DNA from: Laetmonice hystrix
Taxonomy: Eukaryota
DNA length: 64,000 nt
Assembly: GCA_965235115.1 (NCBI GenBank)
Contig: OZ249436.1
Coordinates: 25,794,001-25,858,000 of the forward strand
Direction: 5' to 3'
Shown in pieces: positions 51,645 through 64,000 of this stretch. The translations under genes were made by a program, and so were the position numbers. Within the stretch, counting starts at the first letter, position 1. The number at the start of each line of letters is the position of its first letter. The notes under the pieces were generated by a model. The model was not told the origin of the DNA. It searched no databases and was given only the letters and a program-made list of their open reading frames with translations.

Positions 51645-51986
51645 AGGTGCTATTCGTGGAACAAAGTTCATTTTTTTTATTTTTTATTTTGTTGACGTTT
51701 ATATGATCCTACCTATCATGGAAATAGATTCACAACCAAGGAAATTAAAATTTTTCATGGATATCATATCACAAATGGGGCTCTCTCAGAAGGCCTGTGG
51801 AGACCCTGACACGCCCCACCATAGGAAATGGCTCTATCTCGGTGCGCACCGAGATAGGTTTCAAATGCTGCACACAAGCTAATAGAAGGTTTATCAGGCC
51901 AATGGTATCGGTAGGAATTTTTACTAGTACTATATGCACAATGTATGATAGGAGAAATACCATTCTGAGCGAGACGAATAGCACCT
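51645..51986. mobile_element. Kolobok-like MITE (TTAA TSD)
   Basis: TTAA|AGGTGCTATTCGT ... ACGAATAGCACCT|TTAA: perfect 13-bp TIR starting AG, with TTAA at 51641-51644 and 51987-51990. Confidence 0.85.
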
Positions 51987-52474
51987 TTAAGTTACTGTTA
52001 AGTCGTTCTCCACCGTAAAGTTCAATGTAAAGGGAAGCTAACTGGGGTAGCAAAGCGCTCTCGCTGGCGTTGAGAGGCTACACACACCAAGTCCCAAACA
52101 CTTGCATTGAAGTAAATCCAATGTCCACGCTTTATTCCAATTCCTAGTGAGTAATGGAGTATTGCTGATTCAGTAGCTAAATCCACTCCATACCTGACCC
52201 CGGCTGACACCAGTTTCAGGCATATCGAGGCGCGCACTTCACTCCCCTGATTTCTTGAGCGGGGAAGTTTATATAGGTCCCAGGGGTGACCGGCCAGGAG
52301 GAACTTAGGCACTGACGTCACTTTCATCCAATGAGACGGATAGTGTACGTGTCGGTGATCAGCGGTCAGCGCCCGCCCCGTTGTGTGTGTGTGTGTGGGT
52401 CTTGCTCCTCCATCGCCTGTGGGCGGGGGTCGGTCAGCCCCTGTCTGTGTGTATGGACTGTGTGCCCCTACACA

Positions 52475-52665
52475 CTAGTATACTGCATACTAGTATACTG
52501 CATACTAGCATACTGTATAGTATACAGTATACTATAGTATACTATACTTTATACTATAGTATACTGTATACTATAGTATACTGTATACAGTATATTATAG
52601 TATACTGTATACTATACTATATATATTATACTATATATACTATGATACTTGTATGTTACTAGTAT
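52475..52665. repeat. Low-complexity (TAGTATAC/CTATA) repeat
   Basis: Direct reading; related tracts at ~51460-51530 and ~55348-55410. Confidence 0.85.
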
Positions 52666-52693
52666 GTCAGTCATAGGCATATTACCTCGTATA

Positions 52694-55347
52694 CGTGGGC
52701 CATTTTTTCTAGGAATGTACAAATCCCATCCCTGGCACTCTTGCAAGTGGATTTTTATAAAACTGAAACAAACTAATTCACTTGTTTATATTCTGATAGA
52801 GCAAGCTCTTGGCTATCTGGAACTTTTTATTATACTGAGAAATTCCAAGGGGTTCAGTTTTTATAGCAATTCAAAATAAGCACTCTCTTTTCATGGAACG
52901 TCCGTAAGATTTCTGGCTCTCTTTAAGTCTAACCAGTTTGCTCTATGTTAAAAATAATATATAAACCTAAAACTTTGTACATTACATAATTACTATGTAT
53001 GCAAGGCATGGGATGAATATCTAAGAATTTGATCCATGAGAAATATTTGATTCAGGTTGGCAAAAATTGGTCAAAAATGCTGGTCGGTCGTGCCGCAGAG
53101 GAAAAAATATCAGTAACTTTGCAATTTTGATTGATAATAGTGGAGATTAGATATGAAAGGTAAACGTTGCCCTGTCAGTTCTCTAACATGTATATTTTTC
53201 TAATAAATAGATTGAATGGCCAGTCTTTGGGTCTAACATGGATCAGCAATGCTTAGAAAAGTTCATGTTTTCCTTACGGACGTTCCACAGAAAAGTTTCG
53301 GACGTTCCTTCAGGTGCTAAGTTTGTACAAAACCAAGTTACATGATATATTCTCAACCAAAACTGTCAAAAATCGACATGCAAGCAGCAAAGATGTAACA
53401 TTACTGGAATATAACCTTAAAATCCCTCTCCTGTGCCATCTTATTTGTTAGGATAATGCTAAAATTAGGTGAAAATACATAGTCCAGATTAAATGAAATC
53501 ATCCATGAACAACTGCTTTACATGCAATACCCAAAAAATTGAAGTTGTAGAAATCATTTTTTCTTGCCAGATTACATAAATTATATACCTAGCCCCATCT
53601 GAAGACAAAATATTAGGGTGGTAGGAGCACTGCTTCTAGTTTTTTTCTTAGTAATTATTGACAGATGGAACGTCCGAAACATTTCTTGGGCATGATTTTG
53701 GACAGATGTAGTAGATCCAGACCTAAATTTCACCACTACATATCGTGGACAGCTCTATTCAACTCTGATTAAGATGAAACATGGAGCCCTACATCCACAG
53801 TTGGTCAGTTGTGGCCTCACGAGGAACGTCCGAAACTTTCCTTACGGACGTTCCGCTTTTACGTTTTTCCCCAATTTTGTTGCATCAAACACACGTTCTC
53901 GCGTATATATTGTACTTATTATGACAAGCCCAACATGTAGCTCTAATTCTGGATGAGAAACATTCCAGAAAACATGAAAGGATAGACAGAACATGCAGGT
54001 TTGTGACGCCTGAGACACGGTTGGAACGTCCGTAAGATGAATTTCTCAGCCCTGCCGGCACACAAACCATGTGGCTTCGATACCCATACATTGCAATGAC
54101 ATTTTCAAGTGTTTTACACATTTTCGAAGCACAGAAAGGATCAAAATATGTCAGAACCTTTAGTAATTGGTTTTTTTAAAACTCGGGATTTTTCATTACG
54201 GACGTTCCACCCCCCTAAACTGGGAAAAACTTTTTTTCAAACCTGGGCCTTCTTCAAGGTAAAAATCACTTATGGCTGCCCAAACCAAAACCACGCCAGA
54301 GTTCAGATTTTGAATTTTGATCTAAAACCTTGCAAATACTTCAAACCACTGTTCAAATTTTTGCCAGGGGAGGCAGAAGTCACCCATCTTACCACTTAAC
54401 ATACTCTGGAATACATGTATACACCCCTACATACTTTAAAATTCAAGCAAATCATTTTGAATTCTCAAGAGCACCTTACTGTCGGTAACGACTTGGTATC
54501 CCTGACACGCCCCGACGTCACAAGTGGCGAAAAGGTGAAAAAATTAGGTGTAACGGTGACCGCCATTACGGACGTTCCAAATCTTTCGGACGTTCCTCCC
54601 GACATTAGGGGACCGAAACCACGAATTCGATTGCACTATTTCTATATTCACTGCTATGTACAGCATAGTATCAACATATATAATTAATGAAAGGATCAAA
54701 GACACTGCCTTTACTTCCAATCCGTCATCATGGGATCCTCACCAAGGTGGAACGTCCGTAAGATTTTCAGTATAAAACCTGACTGCTAATATAGTACATT
54801 CCATGGCTTCTTCAATTTTTGTCAGAGGAAGGCAGGGTTTTTACATGGTGAATATAAGCACCTGAACTTCAATTTAACTTACAGATATTGTATTCTTGTG
54901 GTTTCCTTCCACACAATATAATGGGAAATAAATTTCCTTATGGACGTTCCTAAAAAACAAGGAAAAATCTCCACCCAGGCTAAAAATATTTCTGGCTACC
55001 CTGTATGCCAGTTATATGGCTAGCATCATTTTCTAATGTGAATTTAACCCAGGACAGGTCTCAGAATAAGCATACCAATGATAGTTTCTACACAGGCTGC
55101 TTGTAAAGTCAGGATTCAGGGAGAAAAGGGGCCAGTATCAGGGTTTTTCCATGTTTTGAGGGTCCTATCTTCAAGGGAATTAATCAAAAGTATAACAATA
55201 TATGGATTTTATGAATGCTTAATCTCTTCTGCATCGATTGGTACCAAGAACAGGGTCATATGTATTACCAATAAGGAGTTTCAAGCTTGTGAATGCATCA
55301 GAGTCGTATTTTGGCCATTTGTACATTCCCAGAAAAACTGGCCCATG
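52694..55347. mobile_element. 2.65-kb non-coding TIR element with dispersed GGAACGTCC motifs
   Basis: ~30-bp TIRs C(G/A)TGGGCCA(T/G)TTTTTCT(A/G)GGAATGTACAAAT; TA on both sides; superfamily unresolved. Confidence 0.75.
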
Positions 55348-56189
55348 TACTTGTATGTTACTCGTATGTACTCGTGTACTAGTATGTTAGCTGTATGTCA
55401 CTCGTGTGTACTTTTACGTTTTAGAAACGATCATTGCACATCACCTTTCACTCTGTCATGCAGGCTTGAGAGTGACTAGACATCCAGTTAAACAACCCCC
55501 TGACCATGTTTAAGGATTTCCATATTTTCGTTACTCACCAGCGCTTTAGCCAATGGGGCTTTTTAAATGCGCGCGTAACGGCAAACGTGCTTCATAGCGG
55601 GCAACTGTACTTAGACGCAGGAACTTCACAGTGGTTAAGGATTTGTACACGTATAAGGACTTAGAGACCCTTTGTAGTTACGGCCACTATAGTGTCTTGA
55701 CATGAGTTTGACTTTATCATTTCAACCTTTTCTACTTTAAGCAGCTGGCCTAAGCTAGTAGGCCGCTGTTCATATATTCGTTCAGTATGGTATACAGATG
55801 CTAGAAGTGTATCCTTCGTTGAAACGGTGACGTGTTAGCCGCCCTCAACCCCCCAGCTGCCACCCTTCACCTCTGCTGCCCCCTTACCCCCCCCCCCCCC
55901 CCCATCCCGCTATATAGTATAAGCCTACGGCCCTGTGTCTATACCAAAAGGTTCAATAGAACACTGTGTATAGCCTTAATTAAAATGAAGATGACCACTT
56001 AATCCAGCATTATTTTCACAAGGGTTACACGCCAATTTACGCTGACAAGTGTGCAGAGTCCGAAGGCCCTATTATAATGTAGTTGTAGGCTGGTGGTCTT
56101 CGCGCCAATTTGGGACTCGAAGTGTAAAAGTCGAAGTGTAAAAGTCGAAGTCGAAGTTGTATTCGATACTAAGCTTATGTAAGTGGAGT

Positions 56190-56495
56190 ATATTGGGACC
56201 GGGATTGGGCCGAAGCCTATTGTTATCCCACCCTGGAACCTAGCCGAAAATGAAGTGTATGGACCTGGGCTTAGGGCCCACTTGGTTTTCGGTCCCAAAA
56301 CCTCTTGGTTTCTGGGCCATGGGGCCATGTATATGACCTTAGTGAATAGATCCAGAAGTGCAGACTGTAGGATATTGGGACCGGGATTGGACCGGACCCT
56401 ATTGTTATCCCACCCTCGAACCTAGCCGAAAATAAAGTCTATGGACCTCAGCTTAGGGTCGACTTGGTTTTCTGTCCCAAAACCTCTTAGTTTCT
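56190..56495 (+). repeat. Diverged direct repeat, ~182-bp period x2
   Basis: ATATTGGGACCGG..TATTGTTATCCCACCCT..CCCAAAACCTCTT at ~56190 and ~56372. Confidence 0.8.
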
Positions 56496-57566
56496 GAGTA
56501 AGGTGATGACCTCTGTACCTTTTGGTTAGTTTCAGTAGTTTTAGGTTAGTTTCGGTATTACGGGGAGCAGGGGACCATGCATTCTCACACTCGAGTCCCT
56601 TCGGCAATCTTCGGCAATCTTCGTTCGTGCGAGGAAAGCACTCTCACAGATTACATATCACTCACGGCCCGATTAGGAGCATCCGCGCCACCTCACTCGT
56701 TAGCTTACTACGCCAGTGTCATAAAGTAGGCCTAGGCCTATCGAAGAGGGGCGTCAAGCAGTGATATTTCTTTATTTAAACTTACGCTGGCGTGTTTGTC
56801 TTTCGATTAACCACCGGTTCGGCTAGTGTCACGGGGAAATCCGCCATATAGCTTCTCAAAAGAAATAGGCCTAGTTCGGCAAGCGGTGCCTGGTCCCCTG
56901 CGGCTTACCCAGGCTCCCGTGCAGGATCTGTGAGCGTTCATTTCAGCAAATGGACGCGAATGTGAGCGTGGGGACAATGATGACTGCTGAATATGCTGCT
57001 GGCGAATCTGCTGCTAACTTCATGCTGCCCGCCAAGAGCTGCTGTAGGCCTACTACGCATGCGTGATTCGAAGTCGAGGGCAAAGTCAAATAAAAGTTGA
57101 AGTGAAAGTTGACGTGGAAGTGAAAGTGGAAGTGGAAGTAGAAGTGGGGTTTCGTTTCCATGGAATACCTGGAACGAAATTCGATTTTTACACTTCGACT
57201 TTTACACTTCGACTTCCACTTCTACACTTCCACTTCGACTTTTACACTCCAACTTCAACTTTCTCACTTAGAGTTCGACTTTCACCTTTACATGCACGAT
57301 TCGAAGTGTAAACGTCAGAGGAGGTACGCACTGCAGCAGCGCCCTCTATACGGGCAAAGATATGCGATGGTGGACGTCATATCGTGATGTCTGCGGACGG
57401 GACTGTCACACCCTGGCAGAGGTGCCCTCCCCGGACCCGGACCCGTTAACACGCGTACAAGGAGGCGTCCTTTTTACTCGAACGTTACACTAGCTTTAAA
57501 ACCTAGATCAATGAACCTTTGTATCTATGTGGCAAGTCTGATAGGCCAACGATTTGTAGAGTAGTA

Positions 57567-58570
57567 CGGTGGCCGAGAAGTGCACTACGGCTCGGCTATA
57601 ACAGTAAACCTTGGCTCGGCTAACCCTAAACCTCGGCTCGGCTAGCAAAATCTACTAAACCTTGGCACGGCTAACCCCAAACCTCGGCACGGCTAACCCC
57701 AAACCTCGGCACGGCTAACCCCTAACCTCGGCACGGCTAACCCCAATATGACTCGGTAGCTCACTAGTGACATCTGTCGGATCTTGTCAAACTAAAACGC
57801 CGCCTCAGGATGTCGAGAAAGCATGCATGTTAAAAAAAAGTCTATGTCTGTGAGCAATTATCTGAAATGATTTGGAGTTGCTCAGTAGAATCTACGGTCA
57901 GGATAAAACAGTGCTTCTAATTTCGACAGGTCTACGTAATAATCTAAAACATTTAATCTTTCATTATTCTTGGGTTAAATAACTTTACTGGCGGAAAGCA
58001 CAGTGAGTGGACCACTCATTGTTGTGTGCCCTGAATCGAATTTTGAGCGGTAATTGGGGCGAGAAAGAGAGTCCGCCTTCCCTCCAACTACACAGTTCTA
58101 TCAGTATCAATCTAGCTCTATGCCATGGTGTGACAAAATTGTAAGAATCAAGTTTCTCTACTTGTAGGCCTATTCTCCGACACATTTTTGCCTGAGAGGT
58201 AGAACTGCAGTAAATTTTATTAACAATGATTTAAGAGGAAATAACTGGCGCCACCTGGTAAGTATGGGTGGTGGATACCTGGTAGTCCTCTAGTGGACTA
58301 ATCTGGTACTAGGGCCTACAGGCTAGCTGAGCCGAGGTTTATGTCTAGCCGAGCCGAGGTTTGGGGTCTGCCGAGCCGAGGTTTGGGGTCGGCGAGCCGA
58401 GGTTTGGGGTGAGCCGATCCGAGGTTTGGGGTGAGCCGAGCCGAGGTTTGGAGTTGGCCGACCCGAGGTTTGGTAGTTTGGGGTTAGCCGAGCCGAGGTT
58501 TATAGGGTGGCCGAGCCGAGGTTTTACAGTAGCCTACGCCGCCGAGCCGTGGTGCACCTCTCGGCCACAG
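57567..58570. mobile_element. ~1-kb TIR element with 20-bp subterminal tandem repeats
   Basis: TIR C(G/T)GTGGCCGAGA(A/G)GTGCAC(T/C)ACGGCTCGGC; arrays of AAACCTCGGCACGGCTAACCCC (57600-57745) and their inverse (58330-58525); TA on the left only. Confidence 0.78.
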
Positions 58571-58651
58571 GACGGCTGTCGCTCGCCGCCTCCCGTCGGC
58601 CTACCCCAGTCCCGGCACTGGGAGCGGGGTGCACCCGCAGCACAGCCAACG

Positions 58652-58833
58652 CATCGCCCATTATAACTTACCCCCCACGAAATTTGGTCGAAAGATCCAT
58701 GGCCCTGATCTAATCCCTAACCCCTAACCCCAGTCCCTTACCCTCCCAAAAACATATCCCTATCCTATCCCTATCCCTATCCCTGTCCTGTCCCCCTGCC
58801 CAAAAATTTGGTGCGAACGTTATCATGGGGGAA
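58652..58833 (-). mobile_element. Second (inverted, truncated) copy of the telomere-repeat MITE
   Basis: Reverse-complement similarity to 13597-13803, including CCCTAA/CCCTAT runs. Confidence 0.78.
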
Positions 58834-59708
58834 CTAGACCTGTCGTGGATAAAACCACGATGGATCCCATCCCTTGGGGGACATGTCCCTATGACTTAGT
58901 GAGGTCATTATGACGTGTGATGTCACGATACCTATTATGTCTTGGTTTTAATCAAAAGAGCATGTGTATGTCTGTCTATTCGTGTTGAATAGTAGCTATG
59001 GCTGTATCTTGGAAGGTATATGACTAATAGTAAATGTAAATGACGTCATTGTCATATATGACGTCACCTTACATCATAAAGCTTGGTGTCAATTAAAAGA
59101 AAGTGTATGACTTCCTATTCATGTTCAATAGTAGCCATGGCTCATCTTGCACCGTTTTCGAGTTATAGGCCATAGATGATAGCAATGACGTCATTATGAT
59201 ACGGGATACGTTACGCTACCTACTAAATGTTGGTCTCAATTGAAAGAGCATGTATGACTTCCTATTTATGTTCTATGGTAACCATGGCTTTATCTACCAT
59301 CGTTTAGGAGTTACAGGCCTTAGAAAATATTGATGACGTATTTACGTCATACGTCATCCTACGTCATCAAACTTGGCTTCAATTGAAAGAGCATGCATGA
59401 CTTCCTATTCGTGTTCAATAGTAACTATGGTTCTATCTTGCACCGGTCTCGAGTTATAGGCCATAGAAGACACCAATGACGTCATTACGACGTCATACGT
59501 CACGCTACCTAATAAATGATGGTGTCATTTGAAAGTGCATATATGACTTCCTATTCATGTTCAATAGTAGCCATGCCTTCATCTTCCACTGTTTAGGAGT
59601 TATAGCCCTTAGAAAATATTGATACGTCATACGTCAAGCTACATCCTTAAACTTGGTGTCAGTGGAAAGAGCATGCATGACTTCCTATTCATGTTCAATG
59701 GTAACTTA

Positions 59709-60565
59709 GGCCCGTATTCACGGACATCACTCAACCTCATCCTCCACTCAAACTCCACTGAGGAGTACTCAAGGATAACTCGAGGGAGAGTGTAAGGTCG
59801 ACCTCATCCTTAATGAGTGTGAGGCCAACCTTGCACGCCTACTTGCAATTTGTTATTCACAGACCTTCCTCAAGTCGCACTCGATTGAGGTCAGCCTCCA
59901 TTGTGTACTGGCAGACTAAAGTTATAAATAAATACCGTTGTGTAATCTGCTGAATCATTGCCTAGTGGGATTCGTCCATTTGGTCTGTCTGACAGTGCAT
60001 TGTTTTTATTTATTTATTTTTTTAAAATTATTATTTTTTTATTATTTTTATTTTATTTTTAACTTAATTTTATTTTACTTTAATTTATTTTAATTTAATT
60101 TAACTTAATTTTAACGTAATTTTATTGAAATAGGTCTTCCACGTTTGTGGTACGGCTGTAATTCATGACTGATTATTTCTAACAGCTCGTGAAACGCGTT
60201 CTTTGTTAAACGGTATCTTTGACGGAATTGTTCGTCATATACATTGTAGTCAAAATTGTAATTCGGAATGACACTCCTGCGTTTAGCGTTCTGCAAAATC
60301 TGAAGATTGTCAGTCTACCCAACCACCTCAAGGCCATGCTTGTACCGTCGAGGAATGCTCAAGGCAGATATGGACCTTCCTCAGGCTTTCCTCAGAGAGG
60401 GACACTTACTTGAGGGTGAGAGACGTCTGCGAAATGGAACAGAGGTGAGGTCGACCTCACACTCAGTGAGGTCAACCTATTCCTCAATGAGTATGAGGTC
60501 GACCTCATTGAGGATGAGGAGTTCCTCACTGAGTGTGAGTGGAGGAACGTCTTTGAATACAGGCC
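59709..60565 (-). mobile_element. Internally deleted PIF/Harbinger transposon
   Basis: TIR GGCC(C/T)GTATTCA; flanks TTA/ATA; inserted in a 146-bp monomer; subterminal CTCAC/TGAGG repeats; transposase fragment inside. Confidence 0.8.
60111..60337 (-). pseudogene. Harbinger (HARBI1-like) transposase N-terminal fragment
   Basis: YDEQFRQRYRLTKNAFHELLEIISHEL resembles the D..F..RFR(L/M)...F..L N-terminal motif of Harbinger transposases; candidate ATG at 60337 is out of frame; truncated by an AT-rich tract. Confidence 0.65.
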
Positions 60566-61244
60566 ATAGACTCTATCTTGCAACGTTTTCGAGTTATAGG
60601 CCATAGAAGATACCAATGACGTCATTATGACGTCATACGTCACGCTACGTAATGAATATTTGTGTCAATTGAAGGAGCATGTATGACTTCCTATTCATGT
60701 TCAATAGTAACCATGGCTTTATCTCCCACTGTTTAGGAGTTATAGGCCTTAGAAAACATTGATGATGTCATTATGACGTCATACGTCACACTACGTCATC
60801 AAACTTGGCGTCAAATAAAAGAGCATGCATGACTTCCTATTCGTGTTCAATAGTAACTATGGCCCTATCTTGCACCGTTTATGAGTTATAGCCATATATA
60901 TCTATATTGACCACTGTTCAAATCTTTCAGGTCACGTGACTCAGCAAATATAGATCAAATCAATTGTAGCAAAGCGGATTCCTTTGAAGCTCTCCTTAGA
61001 GACCATCCCTGTGCAATTTCATAAAATTTTAATGAAAATTGAGGAAGAAGTAGGGATTTAATCATTTTCTGATCTTTGACCCAGCTTTCAGACATGTCCA
61101 AGGTCAAAGGTCAAAATATTAGCAAAATATGAATTAGGTCCTTGCGTAATTCTGACAGTGTCATCAGTTCCTCAAAAGTATCCATATTGCCCTTGAAAAC
61201 CGTCCGAATAGTCAGAACACGAATGACGTCACGACGTCATGACA

Positions 61245-63173
61245 TTAGCGTCGATGTGGCTAGGGCCAACATCTTGTATCCCATCCCCTGGCAATGAAAA
61301 TCATAGCCATTATTACGTTAGACTACCTATATGATCTCAATAAATAATAATGGTCATCTATCAATGACATCATTGTCACGTAATACGTCACCCTACATCA
61401 TCGATTTTGGTATCTTTTGAAAGAGCATGTTCCTATATGGCTTCAATAGTAACCATAGCTCTACCTGGCCCCGTTTCAGAGTTATAGCGGTTTAGATATT
61501 ATTGCTTACGGCTCAATGACGTCAGTATGACGTAATACGTCATCCTACGTCATCGATAGTGGTGTCTTTTGAAAGAGCATCTATGACTTCTTATATGGCT
61601 TCAATAGTAACGATAGCTCTGTCTAGCCTGGTTTACGAGTTATAACTGGTTATATAATATTGCTTATATATCACTGACATCATTATGACGTAAAACGTCA
61701 CCCTACGTCATCGGTATTGGTGTCAATCGAAAGAGCATCTAGGACTTCCTATAAGACCTCAATAGTAACTATGGCTGTATCTCGCGTTGTTTTAGAGTTA
61801 TAACAATGTGCGTCTGCAATAATGAATTTTAGCCATTTCAGGTCACGTGGTTCAGCTAAAAATAGGTCAACTCCCTTATTGGTGAAGTTTTCTATTAAAG
61901 CTGCCCACAGAACGCCCGTCAACCAAAAATTGTCAAATTTTGTCAAAAAAATGGCGGAGAAGTAGCTAATTGACCACTTTAGGGCACATGACCTACTTTT
62001 CCATGACGTCAGAGGATATAGGTCAAAATAATGGACGTAAGGAAGAAGGGTCTATGGGAGATTATTATTCTATGAAAACTTTAAGAAACTATAGAATATG
62101 GTTTGACGAAATGCCACTAAGTCTAAAATACAAATTACGTCCTGACGTCATGATGTGACGTCATATGACGTAATAGTTAGATGGGTCGATTCTCTCTGCC
62201 ATGATGAATGTCCCTGCCAAGATTCATTTGGATATCTTTATAAATGACTGAGATAGATGCACAAATGCAAATTGGTTATATATCAATGACGTCATGATGA
62301 CGTAAAACGTCACCCTATGTCATCGGTATTGGTGTCCTTTGATAGAGCATGTATGACTTACTATTAACTATATGGCTGCAATAGTAACCATCTGGTCTAT
62401 CTGGCCCCCTTTAAGAGTTATAGCTCTTTAAAAAAATATTGGTTATAGGTCAATGATGTCATTATGACGTAATACGTCACCCTACGTCATCGATATTGGT
62501 GTCAATGGAAAGAGCATGTATGACTTCCTATATGATCTCAATAGTAACCATGGCTCTATCTCGCTTCATTTTAGAGTTATAGCAATGTATATCTTGAATG
62601 GTGAATTTTACCAACTTCAAGGTCACGTGGTACAGCGAAAATAGGTCAAATTGCTTATTCCATGCGGTTTTAAACAAAGCTCACTATAGAAGGCCTGGCT
62701 ACCAAAAATTATCATATTTTCGCAAAAAATGGCAGAGGAGATACGATTTGAGCACTTTCGGACATGTGACCTACTTTCCCATGACATCAAAGGTCAAAGG
62801 TCAAAATAAAGAAGAATAGTAAAAAGGGTCTATGCCCAATTACTAGGCTATGAAAAGTTGTGGGAAAGTATGGATTATTGCTTCAAGAAATGCCTATAAG
62901 TCTAAAATGCAAAATACGTCATGACGTCATGACGTGACGTCGTATGACGAAATAATTACAGAGGTCGATTCTCTCTACCATGGTGAATGTCCCTGCCAAG
63001 TTTCATTTGGATATCTTTATCAATGACTGAGATACACGTGCAAATGCAACTACTCCAACTACGGGAATAATACGGAAGACGAAACCATACAACTTAGATG
63101 GATGGGATAATAATACGGAAGACGAAACCATACAATTTTAAGATCCCATCCCCCTATCGGGGGGATGGGATAA
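61245..63173 (-). mobile_element. HINE unit E' (E family, reverse orientation) with two stacked 5' heads
   Basis: E-type terminus at ~61245-61292; body matches 22470-24800 inverted; heads at 63111-63173 and 63068-63110. Confidence 0.85.
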
Positions 63174-64000
63174 CTAGACCTGTCGTGGATAAAACCACGA
63201 TGGATCCCATCCCTTGGGTGACATGATTTAATGAGGTCCGGATTATGACGTGTGATGTCACGATAGGTATTATGTCGTGGTGTTAATCAAAAGAACATGT
63301 GTATGACTGCCTATTTGTGTTGAATAGTAGCTATGGCTGTATCTTGGAAAGTTTATGACTAATAGTAAATGTAAATGACGTCATTGTCATATTATGATGT
63401 CACCCTACATCGTAAAGCTTGGTCTCAATTGAAAGAAAGTGCATGACTTCCTAGTAACCATAGTTATAGGCCCTAGAAAATATAGATGACGTCATTATCA
63501 TATGTCACACTACGTATAGTAGCCATGGCTCTATCTCCCACCGTTTAGGAGTTATAGGCCTTAGAAAATATTGATGACGTCATTATGACGTCATAAGTGA
63601 CGCTACGTCATTAAACTTGGCCTCAATTGAAAGAGCATCCATGACTTCTTATTTGTGTTCAATAGTTTAGGAGTTATAGCCCTGAGAAAAATACCTATGA
63701 CACCTTATCGATATTCTTCTGACGTCATAGGTCACGTGACCTAAAAAAATAATGGTGTCGAAGGAAAGAGCTATGACTTCATGTTAGTGTTAAGTAGGCC
63801 TAACTATGAATCTAAATCTATAAATCTTGGTGTCAATTGAAAGAGCATACAATATGGTTTCCAATTCCTGTTCAATAGTAACCATAGCTCCATCTTGCAC
63901 CGTTTACTAGTAATAGGCTTAAGAAAATAATGTTAACATCATTATAACTTTATACGTCATGCTCCTCCTTTCATGCAGGCACAGATCCAGCACTGAACGA
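63174..64000 (-). mobile_element. 3' part of a further reverse-orientation HINE unit (runs off the window)
   Basis: CTAG at 63174-63177 with hairpin and subTIR as at 58834; 63700-64000 resembles the reverse complement of unit F 36180-36510. Confidence 0.82.

Larger units (their letters stand above)
51425..55686. mobile_element. Harbinger-like non-autonomous element hosting further insertions
   Basis: TIR GGCCGTAACTAC(G/A)AAGGGT at both ends; CTA(T) duplicated in the flanks; splits a palindrome GACACTATAGTGTC. Confidence 0.7.
51262..57160. mobile_element. Putative outer element with ACTTCN-hexamer subterminal repeats; truncated second copy at 57161-57310
   Basis: Left arm TGGAACGAAATTCG..(ACTTCG/ACTTCC)n and right arm (GAAGTG)n..TTTCGTTTCCA face each other; TGGAATACC occurs at 51253-51261 and 57161-57169 (either a 9-bp TSD or part of the terminus). 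Confidence 0.4.
58834..61244 (-). mobile_element. HINE unit H (A/B family, reverse orientation, 5'-truncated)
   Basis: Plus strand CTAGACCTG-TCGTGGATAAAACCACGA-TGGATCCCATCCC at 58834 onward; reverse-complement 146-bp monomers. Confidence 0.85.

Overview
Eukaryotic (animal, probably marine invertebrate; taxon not determinable from sequence) genomic DNA that is mostly transposon-derived. Positions 1-43 kb are a same-orientation (+) array of non-autonomous Helentron/HINE (DINE-1-like) rolling-circle elements. Nearly all units end in GGGATGGGAT, a short hairpin, and a 9-nt tail ending in CTAG, and several carry a 146-bp internal satellite rich in TGACGTCA. A second array of the same families lies in the opposite orientation at 58.8-64 kb. 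Nested in these arrays are an apparently intact Mutator (FLYWCH-MULE) transposon, a solo LTR, several Harbinger-like elements and a TTAGGG-bearing MITE. Between the arrays lie the last three coding exons of a METTL23 orthologue (- strand) and a stack of nested DNA transposons in its presumed upstream intron. The most interesting signal is that most HINE units lack their ~62-nt 5' head and start exactly at a CTAG|TT junction, while one place shows two heads stacked. This suggests repeated insertion of these elements into the TT site just behind their own head (self-nesting array growth). Several template-switch scars are also directly visible. All family assignments come from reading the sequence by eye; no database searches were run.
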